Counted from the first letter of the stretch, positions 27,822-37,720 are shown. The stretch is 64,000 nt of DNA from Thermoplasmata archaeon (GCA_034667725.1 JAXDQS010000003.1:224001-288000); one strand, 5' to 3'. Numbers and translations are program-made. Notes: generated from the letters alone by a model not told the origin.

Positions 27822-28937
27822 ATGGCCGTGGACCCCGCCGTCATCGTGATCAGCCTGGTGGCCGCCATCCTCCTGATGCTGCTGCTTGCCGCCTCGATCC
27901 GTGTCGTCCAGCCCTATGAGCAGGGCCTCTACATCTTCCTCGGCAAGTACCGGGGCAAGCGCAACACCGGCGTGAACCTCATCATCCCGATGGGCAGCCG
28001 TCTCATCAAGCTCGACATGCGCACCCAGGTCCTCGACGTCCCGCGCCAGGAGGTCATCACCAAGGACAACTCGCCCACCAACGTGGACGCCGTCATCTAC
28101 ACCAAGGTCATCGACGCCGAGCGCGCCACCTTCGAGGTGTCCGACTACCGCTTCGCCACCATCGCCCTTGCCCAGACCACGCTGCGCTCGGTGATCGGCG
28201 ACATGGAGCTGGACGAGGTGCTCAACTCGCGCGAGCGCATCAACACCCGCCTGCGGGACATGCTCGACCAGGCCACCGACGCCTGGGGCGTCAAGGTCGA
28301 GGCCGTCGAGATCCGCGAGGTCGACCCCGTCGAGCGCGTCAAGCGCGCCATGGAGGAGCAGACCTCGGCGGAGCGCGAGCGCCGCGCCGCCATCCTGAAG
28401 GCCGACGGCGCCAAGCGCGCGGCCGTCCTGGAGGCGGAGGGCCTCAAGCGCGCCCGCATCCTGCAGGCGGAGGGCATCCGCCAGTCCAAGATCCTGGAGG
28501 CCGAGGGCGACCGCACCGCCCAGATCCTGACCAGCCAGGGCCGTTCGCAGGCGCTGCGCATCCTGGCGCTCGGCACCGTGCCGCTCGACGCCAAGGCGAT
28601 GTCGGTGCTGTCGCTGGACGCGCTCGGCAAGCTCGGCGAGGGCCAGGCCACCAAGATCATCCTGCCCTTCGAGGTCACGAAGGCGCTCCAGGGCGTCAGC
28701 AACTTCCTGGGGGTCGCGCCCGACGCGCCGGCCGGCCGCGCCACCGACGCCAAGGAGCTCGAGAAGATCATCGGCAAGAGCGAGGACGTGCTGGGCGACA
28801 TCCCGAACCACGCCCGCATCAAGGCCGAGCTCGACAGCCTCTCGAAGGAGCTCGAGGCGGAGCAGCAGGAGGCCGAGGCCATCGCGGAGCCGCGGGCGCT
28901 CACCAAGAAGGGCAAGCAGTCGCACTCGACGGCGTAG
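27822..28937 (+). CDS. SPFH/band-7 (stomatin/paraslipin-like) protein
   Basis: N-terminal TM, QEVITKDN, LAQTTLRSVIG.MELDE, WGVKV..VEI, AERERRA.IL.A.G repeats. Confidence 0.92.
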   Translation: MAVDPAVIVISLVAAILLMLLLAASIRVVQPYEQGLYIFLGKYRGKRNTGVNLIIPMGSRLIKLDMRTQVLDVPRQEVITKDNSPTNVDAVIYTKVIDAERATFEVSDYRFATIALAQTTLRSVIGDMELDEVLNSRERINTRLRDMLDQATDAWGVKVEAVEIREVDPVERVKRAMEEQTSAERERRAAILKADGAKRAAVLEAEGLKRARILQAEGIRQSKILEAEGDRTAQILTSQGRSQALRILALGTVPLDAKAMSVLSLDALGKLGEGQATKIILPFEVTKALQGVSNFLGVAPDAPAGRATDAKELEKIIGKSEDVLGDIPNHARIKAELDSLSKELEAEQQEAEAIAEPRALTKKGKQSHSTA

Positions 28938-28948
28938 CCGCGAGTCCG

Positions 28949-29009
28949 ACCACGGATTCCACGGATCGCACGGAACGATCGTCGCCGTGGAATCCGTGCG
29001 ATTCGTGGT
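28949..29009. repeat. REP-like palindrome built from 9-bp CCACGGATT-type units
   Basis: ACCACGGATTCCACGGATCGCACGG ... CCGTGGAATCCGTGCGATTCGTGGT; same family as 25288-25340. Confidence 0.7.
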
Positions 29010-29070
29010 GCCTGGAGGGCCCGCGAAGCAGCCCGAACAGGCTTTCCCCGCCCCCTCGCTCGACCCTTCG

Positions 29071-29544
29071 ATGGCCAAGGCCTGGTACAAGGCGGCCTGG
29101 AGCGTGGCCGACAACGCCATGCGCACCTGGTCGGAGCGGCTGCAGAAGGTGGTGCGCCTGCTGCGCCTCGCGCGCGCCCTGCTGGTGGTGGGCATCCTCT
29201 TGGTGCTGGCCTCCGCCGTCGTCGGCCTGGCCTGGCCGCAGTACTTCGCCTACGCCTACGCCGTCGCGGTGCTGGTCCTCGTCGTCCCGCTCGTGATGCT
29301 GGTGTTCCTGGTCGGGCTGCCGCTGCGGGCCCGCTCGGTGGTGCGCCTCATCGACATGGGCTACCCGGCCAACGCCCGCGAGCTGGCCATCCGGGTCCTG
29401 GCCCGCAAGCTGCACGACGAGTCCATCGCCAGCGAGGAACTGCTGTGGGACACCGCCGTCAACGAGGGCCGCAAGTGGATGCGCAAGATGGAGGAGGAGC
29501 GCGGCAAGCGCAACGGCCCCGACGGCCCCGACCCTCAGCCTTGA
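29071..29544 (+). CDS. 2-TM membrane protein, unknown function
   Basis: ATG 29071 preferred because the upstream GTG lies inside the palindrome. Confidence 0.65.
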   Translation: MAKAWYKAAWSVADNAMRTWSERLQKVVRLLRLARALLVVGILLVLASAVVGLAWPQYFAYAYAVAVLVLVVPLVMLVFLVGLPLRARSVVRLIDMGYPANARELAIRVLARKLHDESIASEELLWDTAVNEGRKWMRKMEEERGKRNGPDGPDPQP

Positions 29545-29679
29545 AGACGCGGCCGGACCAACCTGAAGGCTGAAGGGACCCGTGCCGGAGCCCGGTGGGC
29601 ACGGCGCGGAGGCCCGTCCTCCAATGGGCCGCGCCCTCGGGTGCCCCTTCCTTTTCATTTCGCCCGTGTTCCCCCGGCC

Positions 29680-30438
29680 GTGCCCGAGCTGGCCGGCCTC
29701 GACCTGGGCACCCTCCTGGGCCTGCTCGCCACCGGGGCTGCCGCCGGCTTCCTCTCGACCACCTTCGGCATCGGCGGCGGCATCCTGATGGTCCCGGTGC
29801 TGCACTATGGCTTCGGCGTCTCGTTCCCGGAGGCCACCGCGCTCTCGCTGCTGGCGATGTGCCTGCCGGCCAGCCTCGGTGTCTACCAGCACGCCCGGCG
29901 CGGCGCCGTCGACTGGCGCATCGGCGGCACCCTCGCCGGCGCGGGCCTGGCCGGCGTCGCCCTCGGCATCTGGCTCCAGCCGCGCGTGCCGACGACCGGC
30001 CTCAAGCTGCTGTTCGCCGTCGTCCTTGTGACCGCGGCCTGGCGCCTGGCCCTGCCCGTCCCGGTGCGGGAAGGGCGGGCCGGCCCGGTCCTCCTGGGCC
30101 TCCTCGGCGCGGGCGCCGGGGTCGCCTCCAAGCTGCTCGGCATCGGCGGCGGCCTGGTCACCGTCCCGGTCCTCACGCTCTCCGGCGTCCCGGTCCACAC
30201 CGCCGTCGGCTCCAGCCTGGTGCCGGTGTTCACCAACGCCGCCGTCGCCGGCACCGCCGCCGTGGCGGCGGGCCTCGACGGGCGGCTGGCGGTGCCTTTG
30301 GCGTTGGCGTCGGCGGTGGCGGGGCCGCTCGGGACCCGGCTGGCGCATGGCATGGCGCCGCTGGGGCTGCGCCGCGCGTTCGCCGGCCTGCTGGTGTTCA
30401 CGGCCGCCTACGTGGCGGCCACTAGCGGGGCGTTCTAG
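29680..30438 (+). CDS. TauE/SafE family sulfite exporter (TSUP)
   Basis: Duplicated G.GGG...VP motifs; about 8 TM segments. Confidence 0.85.
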   Translation: MPELAGLDLGTLLGLLATGAAAGFLSTTFGIGGGILMVPVLHYGFGVSFPEATALSLLAMCLPASLGVYQHARRGAVDWRIGGTLAGAGLAGVALGIWLQPRVPTTGLKLLFAVVLVTAAWRLALPVPVREGRAGPVLLGLLGAGAGVASKLLGIGGGLVTVPVLTLSGVPVHTAVGSSLVPVFTNAAVAGTAAVAAGLDGRLAVPLALASAVAGPLGTRLAHGMAPLGLRRAFAGLLVFTAAYVAATSGAF

Positions 30439-30449
30439 CCGGCCCGCGC

Positions 30450-30689
30450 TTACTCGTGGGCGCCCTGGGGGCGCAACAGCAGGCCGACGAGGCCCATCAG
30501 GATGAACACGCCGGCGGTGGAGAGGATGCCGACGTCGGCGGGCGGGGTGGCGGGCCACAGGAGGCCGGCGACCGCGGCGACGTAGAACAGGACCCCGAAG
30601 GCGAGGCTCGCCAGCGACAGGACCTTCGACAGTTGCATGACGGGCGGGTTGCGCCAGGGATTCTTGACCCTTTTGGGTCGTTCGGCCAC
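30450..30689 (-). CDS. small 2-TM membrane protein
   Basis: 79 aa with two hydrophobic helices. Confidence 0.6.
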   Translation of the reverse strand: MAERPKRVKNPWRNPPVMQLSKVLSLASLAFGVLFYVAAVAGLLWPATPPADVGILSTAGVFILMGLVGLLLRPQGAHE

Positions 30690-30691
30690 CC

Positions 30692-31129
30692 TTAGGCGGT
30701 CGTCGGCTGCGCCGTGGCGGCCTGGACGGGCACCTGGCGGCGGCGGACCATCGCGACCCCGGCCATGGCCAGGCAGGCCACGACGGTCACGGAGACGATG
30801 ACGGCCGGCTTGAAGCCGCCCGGGACGATGGCGGTCGCGAGCGCAAGCAGCCCGACGAGGGCCGGGCTCAGGCCCAACGCGAACACCAGGTGCAGCGGGC
30901 GCCGCTCGGCGGGGCCGGGTCGGATGGCAGCCTGGAGGGCGAGGTAGCCGGGGGCCAGGAGGACGGCGGGGGCGCCGATCAGCAGCCGCAGGAGGTTGCC
31001 GGAGGGAAGGACGAGCGCGACCACGCCAGCCAGGAGCACGAGGCCAGCGGCGACCAGCAGGTCGGCAGGCCCGACGCGGCGGACGGTCGGGGTGGTGGGG
31101 TCAGCCGTGAAGCTGGGCGTGCGAGACAC
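30692..31129 (-). CDS. DUF1616-like membrane protein
   Basis: R...G.P.VL..PGY.L and ER....GLS motifs typical of archaeal glycosylation-locus proteins; start trimmed to GTG 31129. Confidence 0.65.
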   Translation of the reverse strand: MSRTPSFTADPTTPTVRRVGPADLLVAAGLVLLAGVVALVLPSGNLLRLLIGAPAVLLAPGYLALQAAIRPGPAERRPLHLVFALGLSPALVGLLALATAIVPGGFKPAVIVSVTVVACLAMAGVAMVRRRQVPVQAATAQPTTA

Positions 31130-31200
31130 GCCGGAGCATCTGCGCCCCAGGGCACAAGGGCCTTCCGCCAGCATTGTCCGCCACCCGTCCGTCCACTTCC

Positions 31201-31224
31201 AACGATGTTCCATGGGACGTTTAA
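31201..31224. promoter_or_regulatory. palindromic operator candidate abutting a TATA-like TTTAA
   Basis: ATGTTCCATGGGACGT-TTAA; a similar palindrome lies at 43826-43843. Confidence 0.45.
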
Positions 31225-31256
31225 GGCCCAATCTGCGACCTGGGGCTTGAATCGCC

Positions 31257-33008
31257 ATGTCGGCTCAACGTGTCAATCTGTGGCTTTGGTCGGTCGCCAT
31301 CCTGGCCGCCGTCTTCGTCGGTCTCCAGGCCCGCCTGGACGACCCGATGTCCTCCCCTGTCATCCCGGCAGAGGACCCCTACACGCACATGGCGCTCGTC
31401 CGCGAGCACTTGCGTGACGGGAGCCTCGACCCCCTCAACGAGCCTGGAAGCCTGTACCCGCCAGGCCTTCACGCCTTCCTTGCAGGCATCGTGGTCTTCA
31501 CCGGCTACGACCTCTACGACCTGGTCCGCTTCGGCCCCGTGCTGTTCGGCGCCATCGCCATCGTCGGCATGGCCGTCCTGTTGTGGCGCTTCGACTCCAA
31601 GGTCGCCGCCTTCGTGGGCGCGGTGGCCATCGCGATCATGCCCGAGGTCGTGTTCCGCAGCACCATGATGAGCCCGACGGCGCTCGACATCGCGATGCTG
31701 CCGTTCCTGTTCTACAGCCTGCTGGAGCTGATGCGCGGCCGCCTCGCCTGGCTGGCCGCAGCCATCCCGATCACGGCGTTCCTGCTGTTCGCGCACCCGT
31801 GGCTCATGGTCATCGTCGGCCTCACCGGCCTCGCCTTCATGGTCCTGACCTGGATCATGCCGTGGCGCTCCCGCGGCGCCGCCTTCGCGCCCGCCGGGTT
31901 CGCCGCCAGCCTCGCCATCGTCGGCAGCGCCCTCGCCCTTGCCCTCGTCGGCTGCGGCGGCGCCTGCGGCCCCGGCTTCCGCGACGTGCTGTCGCCGTCG
32001 GAGCTCAACGACCTCTGGCTCTTGGCGCCCGTCGTGCTCGGCGTCTCGCTCTTGCCCCTGGTCATCCTGCGCTTCGCCCCCCGCGCCTTCGACTGGGTCG
32101 GCAACCGCCGCCGCGCCACCCCGCCCGCCTGGTACCGCTTCGTCGTGAGCGGCATCCTGGTCGGCGCCCTGTTCGCCATCAGCCTGCCCGCCTTCGCCAA
32201 GGGCCTGCCCCAGTTCGTGGACCTGCCCGGCATGTTCGGCTGGCCCATCCTCGCCATGGCCGCCGTCGGCCTCGCCATCCTGCCGTTCGCCCGCAGCCCC
32301 GGCGCCCACCTTGGCGTCGCCATGGCGATCGCGACCTACCCCTTCGTGGTCCACAACCCGCTCGACTCCGAGTTCTGGCCGCACCGCACCGCCGTCTACC
32401 TCGGCGTGGCGCTCGCGATGCTGGCCGGTGTCGCCGGCGGCTTCCTGGCCCGCGTCACCTGCAAGGCCTTCGAGGACGCCACCTCGTCCGGCCGCAGCGG
32501 CGCCGAGGCCGAGACCGAGGCCGCCTACACGCTGCCCAAGACCCCCTCGGCCCGCCCGATGTTCGTCGTGCTGCCCGCCCTGATCGTGGCGGTCTGCCTG
32601 GCCGGCGGCGTGTACGCGGCCACCCCCGACCGCTACGACGAGGGCTGGTACCGCCTCTACAGCAACTGCGAGCTCAAGGGCCTGCAGGAGGTCGCCTCCT
32701 GGGTCGACGCCGAGCCGGAGGCGCTGGTGATCGCCGGCTCCTGGCAAGCCAAGCTGGTCTTGGCCGGTGTGGCCACCGACGCCTCGCGCATCTGGTTCAA
32801 GCCCGAGTTCTTCACCGACGCGGGCGAACGCGACGCCACCATGCGGCAACTGGCCAAGGACGGCCGGCCCTTGGTCGTCGTCGTGGACGGCCACCTCCCC
32901 GACGAGACGCCCGGCGCCGACCTCAGCTTCCTCGAGTCGATGCCCTACCAGAAGATCGGCTCCTGGTGCAGCAACACCAAGCCGATGGCGGCCTACACGG
33001 CGGTGTGA
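31257..33008 (+). CDS. GT-C-fold membrane glycosyltransferase (PMT/STT3-like)
   Basis: First external loop has AEDPYTH and YPPG.H; more than 10 TM segments; soluble C-terminal domain. Confidence 0.7.
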   Translation: MSAQRVNLWLWSVAILAAVFVGLQARLDDPMSSPVIPAEDPYTHMALVREHLRDGSLDPLNEPGSLYPPGLHAFLAGIVVFTGYDLYDLVRFGPVLFGAIAIVGMAVLLWRFDSKVAAFVGAVAIAIMPEVVFRSTMMSPTALDIAMLPFLFYSLLELMRGRLAWLAAAIPITAFLLFAHPWLMVIVGLTGLAFMVLTWIMPWRSRGAAFAPAGFAASLAIVGSALALALVGCGGACGPGFRDVLSPSELNDLWLLAPVVLGVSLLPLVILRFAPRAFDWVGNRRRATPPAWYRFVVSGILVGALFAISLPAFAKGLPQFVDLPGMFGWPILAMAAVGLAILPFARSPGAHLGVAMAIATYPFVVHNPLDSEFWPHRTAVYLGVALAMLAGVAGGFLARVTCKAFEDATSSGRSGAEAETEAAYTLPKTPSARPMFVVLPALIVAVCLAGGVYAATPDRYDEGWYRLYSNCELKGLQEVASWVDAEPEALVIAGSWQAKLVLAGVATDASRIWFKPEFFTDAGERDATMRQLAKDGRPLVVVVDGHLPDETPGADLSFLESMPYQKIGSWCSNTKPMAAYTAV

Positions 33009-33012
33009 CGCG

Positions 33013-33780
33013 ATGCAGCCCCCCACCCCGGCCGCCGCGCCGCACAAGCCCGGCCTCGTCACCATCGTCGTGCCCGCCAAGGACGAGGAGGCCGCCATCG
33101 GCGGCACCCTGCGCTCCCTCCCCGTCGAGACCCTGGCCGCCGCCGGCTTCCGCTCGGAGGTGTTCGTGCTCGACGGCCGCAGCAAGGACCGCACCGCCGA
33201 CATCGCCCGCGCATGGGGCGCGCAGGTCCTCACCGACCGCGTGCCCGGCAAGGCCGCCGCCCTCCGGGAGGCCCGCCCGCTGTTCGCCGGCGACTACGTC
33301 GTGATGCTGGACGCCGACGGCACCTACGCCCCGGACGCCATCCCGCGCATGGCCTCGCTCTTGGCCTGGGACCACGCCGACGTCGTCATGGGCCGCCGCA
33401 TCATCCAGGAAGGCGCCATGTCGGTGACGCACCGCTACGGCAACCGCGCCCTCAGCCTCGGCGCCACCATGCTCTACGGCCGCCGCTGCCCCGACCTGTG
33501 CACCGGCCTGTGGGGCTTCCGCCGCGACGCGTTCCAGAGCCTGCCCCTGACCAGCACCGGCTTCGAGCTGGAGGCCGAGCTGTTCGCGCTCTCCGCCCGC
33601 CTGGGCTACCGCATCGCCCACGTGCGCGCCGACTACATGCCGCGCCCCGGCGAGTCCAAGCTCAACGGCGCCCGCGACGGCCTGCGCATCGGCTGGACCC
33701 TGGTCCGCACCCGCTTCACCACGCTGCCCGAGGTCGGCCCCGCCGGCGGCAACCGCAACCCCCGGGAGGCGAGCGCGTGA
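33013..33780 (+). CDS. GT2 glycosyltransferase, polyprenol-phosphate sugar synthase (DPM1-like)
   Basis: IVVPAKDE, DG.S.D.T, GK..A, LDADGTY, D..TG..GF, FE.E.E. Confidence 0.88.
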   Translation: MQPPTPAAAPHKPGLVTIVVPAKDEEAAIGGTLRSLPVETLAAAGFRSEVFVLDGRSKDRTADIARAWGAQVLTDRVPGKAAALREARPLFAGDYVVMLDADGTYAPDAIPRMASLLAWDHADVVMGRRIIQEGAMSVTHRYGNRALSLGATMLYGRRCPDLCTGLWGFRRDAFQSLPLTSTGFELEAELFALSARLGYRIAHVRADYMPRPGESKLNGARDGLRIGWTLVRTRFTTLPEVGPAGGNRNPREASA

Positions 33781-35297
33781 AGGCAGCCGCCCTCGTCGCC
33801 ACCCTGTTCGTGGCGGCCGTCCTGCTGGCCGGCTGCGGCGACTCCGCCGGCGACACCGCGCTGCGGGAGAAGCTCAAGAAGCCCAGCCTGCAGATGCCGG
33901 GCGGCACCGACATGGTCAAGGTGCTCGGCACCCAGGACGGCGCCCTCCGCCTGCTGGGCGACCCCGACACCAGCGGCCTCGACGACTGGACCCCCGAGTT
34001 CGACTCGGTGCCCACCCTCGTCGACTTCGACGGCGACGGCCGCAGCGAGGTCGTCACCTACGGCGGCGACGGCCAGGTCCACGTCTTCCGCCAGGACGGC
34101 AAGGTGCTGGCGCGCCTGCCCACCACCGTCCCCGACGGCTGGTACGTGGACCGCTACCTCAACGGCGCCGACGCGGCCGTGATGCACCCCGGCGAGGCCC
34201 CCAGCATCGTCGTGGCCAGCCCGGCCGGCTACGTCGCGCTGTGGAAACTGCAAGGCAAGGGCGGCGACAGCCTGACCTTCGCGAAGGCATGGGAGCGCCG
34301 CATGGACGACTGCATCGACGGCGCCTCGATGGACGCCAGCGCCACGCTGGCCGACCTCGACGGCGACGGCGGCCGCGAAATCCTCGTCCAGGCGGAGGAG
34401 CGCGGCCTGTTCGCCCTCAACGCCGACGGCACGCTCCGCTGGGGCTGGTGCTGGGGCGGCGGCAACGCCGCGCCCATCGCCGAGGACCTCGACGGCGACG
34501 GCCGGCGCGAGGCCATCTTCGCCTCCGACGGCGGCGTCGTGTCGGTGTTCGACGGCGCCAAGGGCTTCCCGCTCTGGACCTTCGACGCCACCCAGTACGG
34601 CTTCACGCCCGCCAGCATCTCGGTGAGCCCCACGGTCGCCGAGCTCGACGGGGTCGCGCCCAAGGAGGTGCTGTTCACCGTCCGGCAGGCCGAGTCCGGC
34701 CGCCCCGACACCTTCGCCAGCCAGCACATGGGCATCTTCGCGGTCCACGGCCGGCAAGGCGCCGACCACGGCGCCGAGGCGCTCTGGGTCCGCAACCCGC
34801 AGTGGGCCAATCCCCTGAGCTACACCATGCTGCGCGCCGGCGACCTCGACGGCGACGGCATGACGGAAATCTACGGCATGGACTGGAACACCATCGGCCA
34901 CAACCCCGGCAACTGGGAGAACGTCGGCAAGCCGCACGTGTTCCGCCTGGACGCCAGCGGCCTCGAGGCCTGGGTCACCGAGCTGGAGACCTGGTGGTCG
35001 AACAAGGACATCGCGATCGCGGACCTGGACGGCGACGGCGTGCAGGACATCCTGGCCACCGGCCCCTACGAGGGCGCCGACGGCATCTGGGCCCTCCGGT
35101 CCAGCGACGGCCGCCCCACCGCGTTCGTGCCGACCCTCGGCTGGGAGCTGCTGCGCGGCCCCAGCGTCGCCGACCTCGACCGCGACGGCAAGGTGGACCT
35201 CGTCGTCCCCGTCAAGCCAGCCAACACCTCGGGCGAGGCGGGCGGCGTCGCGGTCATCCAGATCGAGGCCACCTACACGACGGGGGCTTGGCGATGA
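33777..35297 (+). CDS. lipoprotein with FG-GAP/VCBS (DxDGDG) beta-propeller
   Basis: LLAG|C lipobox; multiple D(F/L)DGDG repeats; paralogous to the next gene's N-terminal domain (shared WERR..DC, GG.A, ANPL.Y, DWNT.GH and W.NKD). Confidence 0.85.
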   Translation: MKAAALVATLFVAAVLLAGCGDSAGDTALREKLKKPSLQMPGGTDMVKVLGTQDGALRLLGDPDTSGLDDWTPEFDSVPTLVDFDGDGRSEVVTYGGDGQVHVFRQDGKVLARLPTTVPDGWYVDRYLNGADAAVMHPGEAPSIVVASPAGYVALWKLQGKGGDSLTFAKAWERRMDDCIDGASMDASATLADLDGDGGREILVQAEERGLFALNADGTLRWGWCWGGGNAAPIAEDLDGDGRREAIFASDGGVVSVFDGAKGFPLWTFDATQYGFTPASISVSPTVAELDGVAPKEVLFTVRQAESGRPDTFASQHMGIFAVHGRQGADHGAEALWVRNPQWANPLSYTMLRAGDLDGDGMTEIYGMDWNTIGHNPGNWENVGKPHVFRLDASGLEAWVTELETWWSNKDIAIADLDGDGVQDILATGPYEGADGIWALRSSDGRPTAFVPTLGWELLRGPSVADLDRDGKVDLVVPVKPANTSGEAGGVAVIQIEATYTTGAWR

Positions 35298-37720
35298 AGA
35301 TTCTCCCACGCGTGGCCGTCACCGGCCTCTTGGTGATGACGGCGTTCGCGATGGTGCCGCCCGCGTCGGCCGCCACCAACCTGGTGCGCAGCATGACCAA
35401 CACCACCTCGAACCCGGCCGTCGCGTTCGCGGCCTTCGACGGCAACCCGGCCAAGCTGTTCGACTTCGACAACGACGGCGACCTGGAGATCGTCGCCCAG
35501 AACGACAACAACTGGGCGTACATCTTCGACTCCCGCACGGGCGCCATGAAGGCGGAGCTGAAGACCAGCTTCCCGTCCGGCTGGGGCGCCCGCACCTTCA
35601 ACGGCCCCGAGGCCTACCGTGAGGGCGGCACCTCCTACCTGGTGCTGGTCAACTCGGCCGCCACCGTCACCAAGTACCGCTTCGACGCAAGCACCGCCGC
35701 CAACGCCAAGTGGACCTTCGTCAAGGAGTGGGAACGCCGCCTGTCCGACTGCTTCAGCGGGCCGGGCAGCGACTCCAAGCCCGTGATCCACGACCTCGAC
35801 CGCGACGGCCACTACGACATCATCGGCACCACCGAGGAGTCCGGCGTCTACGCCCTGCGCGGCGACGGCTCGCTGCTGTGGAAGACCTGCATCGGCGGCG
35901 GCAACGCCGACGCGGCCGTGGCCGACCTCAACCTGGACGGCTGGCCCGAGGTGGTGCATGTCTCCGACGGCGGCGTCGTGACCGCGCTCAACGGCCGCAC
36001 CGGCGGCCAGGTGTGGCGCTACGACGCCCGCGCCGCCTTCAGCCTCGGCTCCGGCAGCATCCCCGTCGGCCCCGGCATCGGCCAGCTCGACGGCATCGGC
36101 GGCCCCGACGTGGTCTTCGGCGCCCGCGACTCGCACGACCCCGACAACGTCGACGCCAACCATGCCTTGATCGCGGCCTTGGACTCCAACGGCAAGCTGC
36201 TGTGGGGCCGCCGCGACCCGAACGCCAACCCGCTCACCTACACCCACCCGATCGTCGCGGACGCCGACAACGACGGCCGCAACGAGGTCTACTGGGGCGA
36301 CTGGAACACCATGGGCCACAAGCCGCCCTTCGACGAGTCGCAGGCGTGGCAGCTCACCGGCCCCGCCAACTACTACCGCTACGACCACGCCGGCAACCTG
36401 GTGTGGCGCACCGAGCTTGCCACCTACTGGAGCAACAAGGACCTGGTGCTTGCCGACGTGGACGGCGACGGCGCCCAGGAGATCGTGGCCAACGGCCCCG
36501 GCTCCGGCGGCGACGGCCTGTGGTACCTCAACGCCGCCACCGGCGCCAAGGAGACCTTCGTCGGCATCAACCCCTACAAGGTCCAGCGCAACGCCATCGC
36601 CGGCGACCTGTGGAACACCAACACGCTGCAGCTCGTCGTCGAGGCCAGCCCGGCCGCCAGCGGCGCGCAGGGCCCGGCCATCCAGATCTACGACACCCAC
36701 GTCGGCTACAACGCGATGTGGCCGCACCTGCCCGACCCCGCTCCCCTCGGCGGCGGCGTGACGCCTCCGCCGCCTCCGCCGCCCCCGCCTCCGCCCCCCC
36801 CGCCGACCGGGCCGTTCGACGCCACCTTCACCGCCGTGCGCGGCAACGAATGGTGGGTCCAGGCCAACGTCGGCGCCACCGGCGAGGCCCTCGACAAAGT
36901 GGACGTCAGCCTGAACGGCGGCGCCTGGAAGCCCCTCACGAAGCAGTCGTGGGGCGGCTGGGGCGCGTCCTACCAGGTCGTGCAAGGCACCGTGGTGCAG
37001 CTGCGCGCCACCTCGACGGCCGGCTCGACCGACCCGAGCGCGTGCTACCAGTGGATCCCGCCCAGCAACGTGGACGCGACCCAAGTGGACTGCGAGAGCA
37101 CGCCCACCGAGCCGCCCCCGCCCCCGCCGCCCAGCGGCGCGTTCGACGCCGTCTACAGCCAAGTGCGCGGCAACGAGTGGTGGGAGCAGACGGTCGTCAG
37201 CGCCGCCGGCCACACCGTCGCCAAGGTGGACGTCCGCCTCAACGGCGGCGCCTGGAAGCCCCTGACGAAACAGTCGTGGGGCGGCTGGGCCGCGTCCTAC
37301 CAGGTCGTGCAAGGCACCGTCGTGCAGTTCCAGGCGACCTCCGGCACGGGCGCCATCGACCTCAGCGACTGCTACCAGTGGATTCCGCCCAGCAACGTGG
37401 ACGCCAGCAAGGTCGCGTGCAGCGGCGGCACCCCGCCCCCGCCACCCCCGCCGCCTCCGCCGCCGACCGGGACGTTCACCGCCTCGTTCGTGCCCAAGTC
37501 GCAAGGCAACGACTGGTGGGTCGAGGTGCAGGTCACCGCCAACCACCCCCTCGCCAAGGTGGAGGCCCAGGTCAACACCAACGGCTGGGTCGTCCTCGAC
37601 AAGCAGAGCTGGGGCAACTACGCCAAGTCGTTCTTCGTCGCCAACGGCAGCATCGTCAAGTTCCGCGCCACCGACACCGGCGGCGCCATGGTCGTGAGCG
37701 GCAGCTACCTGTGGGGATGA
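35294..37720 (+). CDS. secreted FG-GAP beta-propeller with poly-Pro linkers and three Trp-rich C-terminal repeats (expansin D2/CBM63-like)
   Basis: Signal peptide ASA-A; DxDxDG repeats; three GN(E/D)WW...W..L.KQSWG...ATS/D modules separated by poly-Pro. Confidence 0.8.
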   Translation: MKILPRVAVTGLLVMTAFAMVPPASAATNLVRSMTNTTSNPAVAFAAFDGNPAKLFDFDNDGDLEIVAQNDNNWAYIFDSRTGAMKAELKTSFPSGWGARTFNGPEAYREGGTSYLVLVNSAATVTKYRFDASTAANAKWTFVKEWERRLSDCFSGPGSDSKPVIHDLDRDGHYDIIGTTEESGVYALRGDGSLLWKTCIGGGNADAAVADLNLDGWPEVVHVSDGGVVTALNGRTGGQVWRYDARAAFSLGSGSIPVGPGIGQLDGIGGPDVVFGARDSHDPDNVDANHALIAALDSNGKLLWGRRDPNANPLTYTHPIVADADNDGRNEVYWGDWNTMGHKPPFDESQAWQLTGPANYYRYDHAGNLVWRTELATYWSNKDLVLADVDGDGAQEIVANGPGSGGDGLWYLNAATGAKETFVGINPYKVQRNAIAGDLWNTNTLQLVVEASPAASGAQGPAIQIYDTHVGYNAMWPHLPDPAPLGGGVTPPPPPPPPPPPPPPTGPFDATFTAVRGNEWWVQANVGATGEALDKVDVSLNGGAWKPLTKQSWGGWGASYQVVQGTVVQLRATSTAGSTDPSACYQWIPPSNVDATQVDCESTPTEPPPPPPPSGAFDAVYSQVRGNEWWEQTVVSAAGHTVAKVDVRLNGGAWKPLTKQSWGGWAASYQVVQGTVVQFQATSGTGAIDLSDCYQWIPPSNVDASKVACSGGTPPPPPPPPPPPTGTFTASFVPKSQGNDWWVEVQVTANHPLAKVEAQVNTNGWVVLDKQSWGNYAKSFFVANGSIVKFRATDTGGAMVVSGSYLWG

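Noticed and set aside
28987-29070. GTG start at 28987 for the downstream membrane protein
   Set aside because: It lies inside the REP-like palindrome; ATG 29071 is more plausible.
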